Positions 58,895 through 64,000 of a stretch of DNA of 64,000 bases are shown piece after piece; positions within the stretch are counted from its first letter, which is position 1, and each line of letters begins with the position of its first letter. The stretch lies in the NCBI RefSeq assembly GCF_009914755.1, contig NC_060929.1. One strand, given 5' to 3'. Source of the stretch: the human T2T-CHM13v2.0 reference genome, Homo sapiens. Under the pieces are notes generated by a model. That model saw only the letters and a program-made list of their open reading frames with translations, was not told the DNA's origin and did not search any database. The position numbers and the translations under genes were made by a program.

Positions 58895-59360
58895 TGTCTC
58901 AGTCAGAGTCCTGACAGTAAAGAGATGGCACATGTATATACTGAAGATAGTTAATAAAAGCACAATTTAAAGATGTGGCAGGGGGTGGGGAGGGAAATGC
59001 AATACCATACTAGTAACAAAGGAGGGCCATCACCCTCTATGGGACTGAAGGGCAAGGGGACAAAGTAGATCAGTACCTAAAGAGGGTAGGCATAAGGAGA
59101 GGGCTACCTGACAGGAGCTGTGACTTATAGTAGAGGAGCAGGGACACAACTCACCCTCCATGACCTGTTAAGAAAAGCTGTAGGAATAAACATTCCAACC
59201 TCACTCTTCTGCCTTTCTATCTCCTGCTGATTATTTCTGTTGGCCAAATGCAACAGGATGCCAGAAGGCAGGGGATCACGGTCAGTGCATGTCAGCGTCT
59301 TGAGTACAGAGCAGGGTAGAAAAAAATGAAGAATACAACTGGATGGGGAAGGGTGAGACT
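58895..59360 (-). mobile_element. ERVL solo LTR (LTR33/LTR41-like) carrying a consensus splice donor
   Basis: TGTCTCAGTCAGAGTCCTGACAG...AGATGGCACA terminus; TTGGCCAAATGCAACAGGATGCCAGAAGGCAGGGGA; AGG|GTGAGT on - at 59155/59154. Confidence 0.7.
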
Positions 59361-59408
59361 TAGCATAGAAAGCCAGAGGGGAAATGCCCCATATATTAAC
59401 ACTATTCA

Positions 59409-59880
59409 CAGTGCGTTTCACAAACTGGTGCCAGTCTGTGAGGTATTTGCGGCTGAATTGCCATGAGCTAAATACAGAAATACAGAATGTACATTTAGAA
59501 ACCTTAATAGCAACTTAGCACAGTCAGCATTCAAGTATGTGATTGTTTCATTAAACAGGAAGTAGAACAGTTCAGTAGCTATTGTTTCCTTGAGGAATAT
59601 TGTTCATGGCATGAGCTATATTCTAGTGGTGTACAAATAGGCTCATGATAACACATGAGATATTTTAAGGCAAGTTTGTCAACTATAACTCAAATATTTA
59701 TAAAAATATTTTAAGTTGTGAGAATTTATTTATTTTTACAACTTACTATTCTATCACTTCAGTTATTAACCAAGCCTATTTTTATTTAGATATAAATTAC
59801 ACATTTTTTCTTATTAGAAAAATTAAGGACTAATATTTGTATTGACACTTCCATGTCTGGTATTGGCAAAGTAGCTTGTA
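59409..59880. mobile_element. hAT-Charlie-type DNA transposon remnant
   Basis: CAGTGCGTTTCACAAACTGGTGCCAGTC...TACAGAAAT...CATTTAGAAACCTTAATAGCAA. Confidence 0.55.
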
Positions 59881-60023
59881 TTGACTAACTTTTCTGTAGA
59901 TCGTGCTGAAAATTTTTTTTTTTTTTAATCATCATCTGAAGGTTCTGGAGAGCAATAAAAGAAGCAGAAACTGGAGGAGAGTCAGTGTTTCAAATCAGGG
60001 AACTGCACTGGATAAAATTTGTA

Positions 60024-60314
<291 letters not shown>

Positions 60315-60539
60315 TCATGTTTATATAGCTTTTTGTCTGAGAGTTTGCCCCAGTTGACACAAGTCTAAGATAACTAAAACTCAAGCAGAAAGTGCCAGTT
60401 TGAGGAATCAGATATGGAATTTGAAGAAAATGTCAATAAATTTAATAATGGACCCATTGAAATTATCCAATATAAAAAGAAAGAGGAAAACATTGAAATA
60501 AGATGTACAAAACTTTAGGAACCTGTAAGACAATGTCAA

Positions 60540-60675
60540 GGAGTGAATGCATAGCTCACTGCAGCCTTGAACTCCTGGGGTCAGGCGATCCTTCTGCCTC
60601 AACCTCTTGAGCAGCTGGGGCTACAGGCACACACCACCATGCCCAGCTGATTTTTTTAAAAATTTTTTGTAGAGA
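60540..60675 (-). mobile_element. AluJ fragment
   Basis: ATAGCTCACTGCAGCCTTGAACTCCTGGG...TTTTTTGTAGAGAC. Confidence 0.88.
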
Positions 60676-60679
60676 CATC

Positions 60680-62111
<1,432 letters not shown>

Positions 62112-62377
62112 TAGTATTTATAAAAATATTCAGTGATCAACAAATTGGTGTTATTTTCTTGGAGAATTTGTGAATTATTCTTATTAAAAATAATTTTTTA
62201 AGCTGAAATTTTCTTTAGAAGTTAAAATAATGCATCTGAGTTCGTTAGCATATTTTTTAAAAAAATTATATTAATAGCTGAACATTAAAAAGAATAAAAG
62301 TAAAATAATTATTCTTGGTATATATTCATATACTTAATCAGTTTTGTAATTCTGTCTATAATACTATGTCACTTGTG

Positions 62378-62499
62378 TTCTTCCCTTGCTTCTATGTATT
62401 TGAAAGCTTTGTTTTTAATAATTACAATTTGCTATACACTTCAAAATAAAAGTTTTTAGTTGTTTCTGTCACTGAATAATTTCATTAAATATTTTCAAC
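62378..62499 (+). repeat. ~120-bp dispersed direct duplication (partner 63346-63465)
   Basis: Manual alignment: 4 substitutions and one 2-nt indel. Confidence 0.95.
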
Positions 62500-62732
62500 A
62501 TAATTTTTAATATGAAATTATTATTTTTAATTTTCTCATAAAATAGCCTGCAACATTCTTTATAGGTGAATATTTTATTAATAAATTTGAAATCCATGAC
62601 AGCTTCAATTGACTCTTCTCTTTTGGCCATAATATTTTTATGTGAAAAACTACTTGTCTTCACAGATGCTGGCCACTGCACAGGCAGCTCTGATCAAAGT
62701 CTACTAAATAGAGGCTATTCTCAAATTTCGAC

Positions 62733-63030
<298 letters not shown>

Positions 63031-63566
63031 AAATCTTGACTTTTTAAATTGAGATCTTAAATATTTTAGCCCAAATATTTTTACAGGTACTGTTTTTTTC
63101 CTTTAGACTACTTTTTGCAACAAATATTTTTACAAGATGAAATTTATTTTAAAGTGTCCCTTTTTATGATTCTTCTAAATATGTAATCAAATTTAGATTC
63201 TGCAAAATAATAGGTCTTCTCAATTTCCATCCATTCTAGACTGTAACATAAACTTATAAAATTAAAACGAAAATCTTCATCAAAAGATTTTTCCCATATG
63301 TTAACCTATTTCACCACTTGAGCTCTCATCGATTATTTTTTTTGCTTCTTCTCTTGCTTCTATGTATTTGAAAGCTTTGTTTTTAATAACTACAATTTGC
63401 TATGCACTTAAAAATAAGTTTTTAGTTGTTTCTGTCACTGAATAATTTCATTAAATATTTTCAACTGATTTTGAACAAGATGCAACCAAAATGAAGAGAA
63501 CTTTCTTCATCATTATGGTTGATGTTTAGGTTGATTTCCCAAGTAATTCTTCAAAAAGCTCAAACC

Positions 63567-64000
63567 TTTTTTTTCTTTTTTTTTTTTAAGTTCCGGGATA
63601 CTTGTGCAGAACGTGCTGGTTTGTTATACAGATATACATGCGCCATGGTAGTTTGCTGCACCTACCAACCCGTCACCCTGGTTTTAAGCCCCACATGCAT
63701 TGGCTATTTGTCCTGATGTTCTCTCTCCCTTCACCCCACCCCCACCCCACAGACCTCAGTGTGTGTTGTTCCCCTTCCTGTGTCCATGTGTTCTCATTGC
63801 TCAACTCCCACTTATGAATGAGAAGATGTGGTGTTTGGTTTTCTGTTCCTGTGTTAGTTTGCTGAGGATGATGGCTTCCAGCTTCATCCATGTCCCTGCA
63901 AAGGACATGATCTCTCATTCCTTTTTATGGCTGCATAGTATTCCACGGTGTATATGTACCACATTTTCTTTGTCCAGTCTATAATTGATGGGCATTTGTG
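63567..64000 (-). mobile_element. L1PA (L1PA7/8-like) 3' end, running off the window
   Basis: T-tail then AAGTTCCGGGATAC..GTGCAGAACGTGC; GGATGATGGCTTCCAGCTTCATCCATGTCCCTGCAAAGGACATGATCTC. Confidence 0.95.

Overview
This is primate (most likely human) euchromatic DNA that reads as intergenic or intronic. By eye well over half is interspersed repeat: about 29 Alu copies, many L1 fragments of different ages (several nested, with readable target-site duplications), ERVL/MaLR solo LTRs, hAT and Tc1/mariner DNA-transposon fossils, L2 and MIR. I cannot support any intact protein-coding gene, tRNA/rRNA or CpG island. Most ORFs in the supplied track are Alu-, L1- or simple-repeat-derived, or chance ORFs. 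I did not find a convincing new biological system. The best leads are: (i) a candidate LTR-initiated, spliced minus-strand transcript at 58.1-59.4 kb, either a lncRNA or a decayed gene; (ii) a 100-bp cluster of four stacked palindromes at 11.65-11.75 kb; (iii) two short non-tandem templated duplications (182 bp at 7.6/9.9 kb; ~120 bp at 62.4/63.35 kb); (iv) two small CpG-retaining promoter-like elements (9.1-9.3 kb and 47.5 kb); and (v) several retrotransposition or repair scars (a twin-primed L1, an internally deleted L1, one-ended DNA transposons). Repeat subfamily names come from my memory of consensus sequences and boundaries are approximate unless a TSD is quoted. RepeatMasker/Dfam should confirm them.
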